Shown piece by piece: positions 61,249 through 64,000 of a stretch of DNA of 64,000 nucleotides. The notes under the pieces are model-generated. The model searched no databases. It was not told where the DNA came from and saw nothing but the letters and a program-made list of their open reading frames with translations. A program made the position numbers and the translations under genes. Source of the DNA: Octopus vulgaris (Eukaryota); NCBI GenBank assembly GCA_951406725.2, contig OX597816.1:168268001-168332000 (forward strand), written 5' to 3'. Each line of letters starts with the position of its first letter. The first letter of the stretch is position 1.

Positions 61249-63506
61249 CAGTGGCTCCTAACCTTCTTCAGCCCAGGGACCATTTTTTACTTGAAAAAAT
61301 TTCTAGGAACCACTTCAACTTTTACTTTATGCTGTTCTATTTTCACACTAATATACATATTGAAAAGGCAAAATAGTTTATTTACACTTTAAAATTTATT
61401 TTTGCAAACCAAAGATAAAATTTAAAATTTATTTTAGTAAACAATGATAAACATAAGATATCAAAATCATTTTTCATAAAGTCATTCATTTTTAGTCCAT
61501 TCAGCTAGTGACTAGCTTGATATTGGTGTTTCTCACACAAGATATAATCAATTTTAATGAACTTATTTAGTCTTAGTCTGAGAGTTCCTCTGCTGTTGAG
61601 ATTTAATTTATTTCTTTTTTCTACTTAAAATATCTACAACACCTGAAAATGCAGATTCCACCATCCATGTAGTAGGGAAAGAAATGATGCTTGCTTCTAC
61701 ATGTTGAAAAATATTTGGGTGTGATTTATCGACATGTAGGCAAAGACACTTTTTTCAACTCTTCTTCTCAGTTTCATATTCTCTTTCAAATCTAACAACA
61801 TTTCAGCCAACTCAAAATTATCATCTCCTGACTCATAATTTTATAGGTCTACAAACCAGAGTGGATAACCCATCTTTAATAAATCATTGTATCTTCTCTC
61901 AAACTCTACATGAAGACCTTCAAGATGGATAATGTATGTAGCAATGCATTCTAGTGTAGGAACAGTGGTGTTAAAATTTTGAAATGATGCCAAATTTTTT
62001 TTTCAAACAGTTTTTTCTAAAATTTTAATTTCCCCATCTACCCTTTTATCTTCTGAGAAGTTAAGCAGATTCACTGTTTTAAAAATATCACTCAAGTTGA
62101 ATATTTTTGATTTAAACTCAGAAAGTCTTTCCAAAATTTTCTTAGGTGTATCAGCTTGCTTCTTGGAGTTGTAATGAGTCATCTGACTCTTGAACATGAG
62201 AAAGTTAATTAATGGTTCCCACAAATTTTCAAGTCTTTCAAGGCTCAGGCCTTTTGACAACCATCTTACTTCTGTGTGAAGCAATAAGATTTTAAAATCT
62301 TCGTCTTCACAGAATTGCATAAAAAAATCTATTATTCACTGAGTTTTATTTGACAAAGTTAATTGCATGTATGGCAGTGTTGAGTGTATCTTCCATGTGT
62401 CCTCCAATATTCTTAGCAACCAAATGCTGTCTGTGGATAATGCAATGTATATAAATAATGTGAGAAGCAACTAATTTCATTCTAGAAACAAAGCCTTTCA
62501 CTTTTCCAGTCATGGCTGCAGCTCCATCTGATGCAATGTTGATCAAATTAGTCAATGGAATATTTTTATCATTAAAATACTGCATTACTTCATTGAATAT
62601 ATCTTCTCCATTAGTAGTTTCATACAAACTTTTAATGAATAACATTTCTTCCCTTGTATCATCTTCATGGATGAATCTGACTTAGACCAGAAGGATAGCT
62701 TGGTTATGAATTGTGCTATCATCAACCTGGATAGAGAAATTTGTCTTTTGGAGAATTTCCATAATCTTCTCAACAAAATTAGACATTTCATTCTGTCTTC
62801 TTGTAATTGTGTTATTTGAAAGTGGAATTGTACTCAGAGTAGATGCAGCATCTTTTTCCAGAACCTCATTTGCACAAGCCATCATAGCAGGCTTGAAAAG
62901 TTTCTCACCATAAATCTGAGGTGCTGCAACCTTGGCAATAATTTCGGAGACCAAATAACTTGATTTCAGTGTCTTTGCTTTTTCGGTATTTATCTTCTTT
63001 ACAAAGTCGGGTAGTTTGATTGGCTGTATTTTCTTTTTATTCTCAAAATATTCCCTACCTTTCAAAACACATAGGTTTTGAGTCTACAGATACAAAACCA
63101 AACATGATAAAATCCTCTTTGTAGTTCCTCAGTTTTACCTTTTTAGCAGTTGGTTCAGATATTATTACAACTGATCTTTAAAAAAAAAAAAGTAATAAAT
63201 ACTTTATTTCTATACATTAAAAATATCAAATTTATTATGAAACTGTTGTGATTGTAAAATTTAAATTATGTAATTCTTGATTGTAATATATTATTAATTA
63301 TATATTATACATTATTGATTCTTATGGAATAATTATTGAATTTTGTTTTCTTATTATTATTCTGTCTTCATATAAATTATTATTAGCTAACAGTGTCTTT
63401 ATTATCGAATAATATTGTGTAGCTCTGAAATGGCTTCAATTTTTTTATGGCTACGAATTCTCTGGAGACCACCTGTGGGCCCCAGGGACCACATTGGGAA
63501 TCACTG
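61249..63506 (-). mobile_element. hAT (Buster/Charlie-type) DNA transposon with decayed transposase, in EXOSC6 intron 5
   Basis: TIRs CAGTG(G/A)YTCCYAA, 8-bp TSD CTCTAAAG/CTTTAAAG. Motifs IPLSNNTITRR, FSIQVDDST, SDGAAAMTG, HCIIHRQHL and LLLHTEVRWLSKG, with stops and frameshifts. Confidence 0.9.
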
Positions 63507-64000
63507 CTTTAAAGCATTAATCAATTATGCCGGTGTAACCAGTTCATTTATTGTTAGATGTATTTCCTTGATTCTATTTTCATGTATTTTAAATCTAATG
63601 TGGTTGTCTGCCCTTAGTACTTTATTGCATTATCACAGAACAAATAGTTTCTGTGAACTAGCTGATGATTCCTAAAGAAATTCTCATCAGATCATACTAT
63701 TATGACATGTGTTGTTGGTGTTCTTTCTAATCCATACTCTGGTGCGTCTTAGGTTCAATTTTATCCCAACACTTCTTCCATCAGTGACTGACTTGATATC
63801 ACCTTCTGCAATACTTTTTCCTCTACAAATGATATCACTTTTATTAATCATAAATATATTTCTCAGCCAATTCATATATGTCAACAAAATGACATTGAGA
63901 GTATTTGCCCTGCTTATCATTTATGTATATGTAAACAAAGATAAAAAATATTTTGATTCAACCATCTGCCAGTTTTTAAGATAAGCAAACCAAAATAATG

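Noticed and set aside
62003-63065. Domesticated ZBED/SCAND3-like gene
   Set aside because: Multiple stops and frameshifts, together with retained TIRs and TSD, indicate a decayed transposon.
63687-63984. Overlapping short ORFs at the window end, or EXOSC6 exon 6
   Set aside because: There is no LAAAI...ADAG-type motif and no phase-compatible exon.

Overview
This is AT-rich, repeat-dense animal genomic DNA. The SINE families, the (CAT)n-tailed RTE 3' ends and the microsatellite load suggest an octopus (inference from repeat content). One host gene is supported: the 5' part of exosome subunit EXOSC6/MTR3 on the + strand, as five phase-compatible GT-AG exons (43354-43440, 46488-46545, 47798-47876, 51932-52106, 59579-59639). 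Most of these exons are absent from the ORF track, and the gene continues beyond the window. The rest is mostly transposon-derived: a near full-length decayed R4/Dong-type LINE in a (TAA)n tract, Penelope-like elements (PLEs) with inverted pseudo-LTRs, RTE and CR1 LINE fragments, tRNA-derived SINEs, Helitron, Tc1/mariner and hAT relics, and MITEs. The most notable hidden layer is a set of hammerhead-ribozyme folds, read by eye, in at least five unrelated repeat families (about 20.4/22.7, 24.7, 27.1, 37.9 and 49.3 kb). They include forms with a very long stem II and copies next to their own antisense arm. Other observations are a structured LINE 5' leader, a PHD finger inside an RTE reverse transcriptase, and a candidate poison exon in EXOSC6. 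All RNA folds are manual predictions and are untested. Repeat boundaries without a stated TSD or TIR are approximate.
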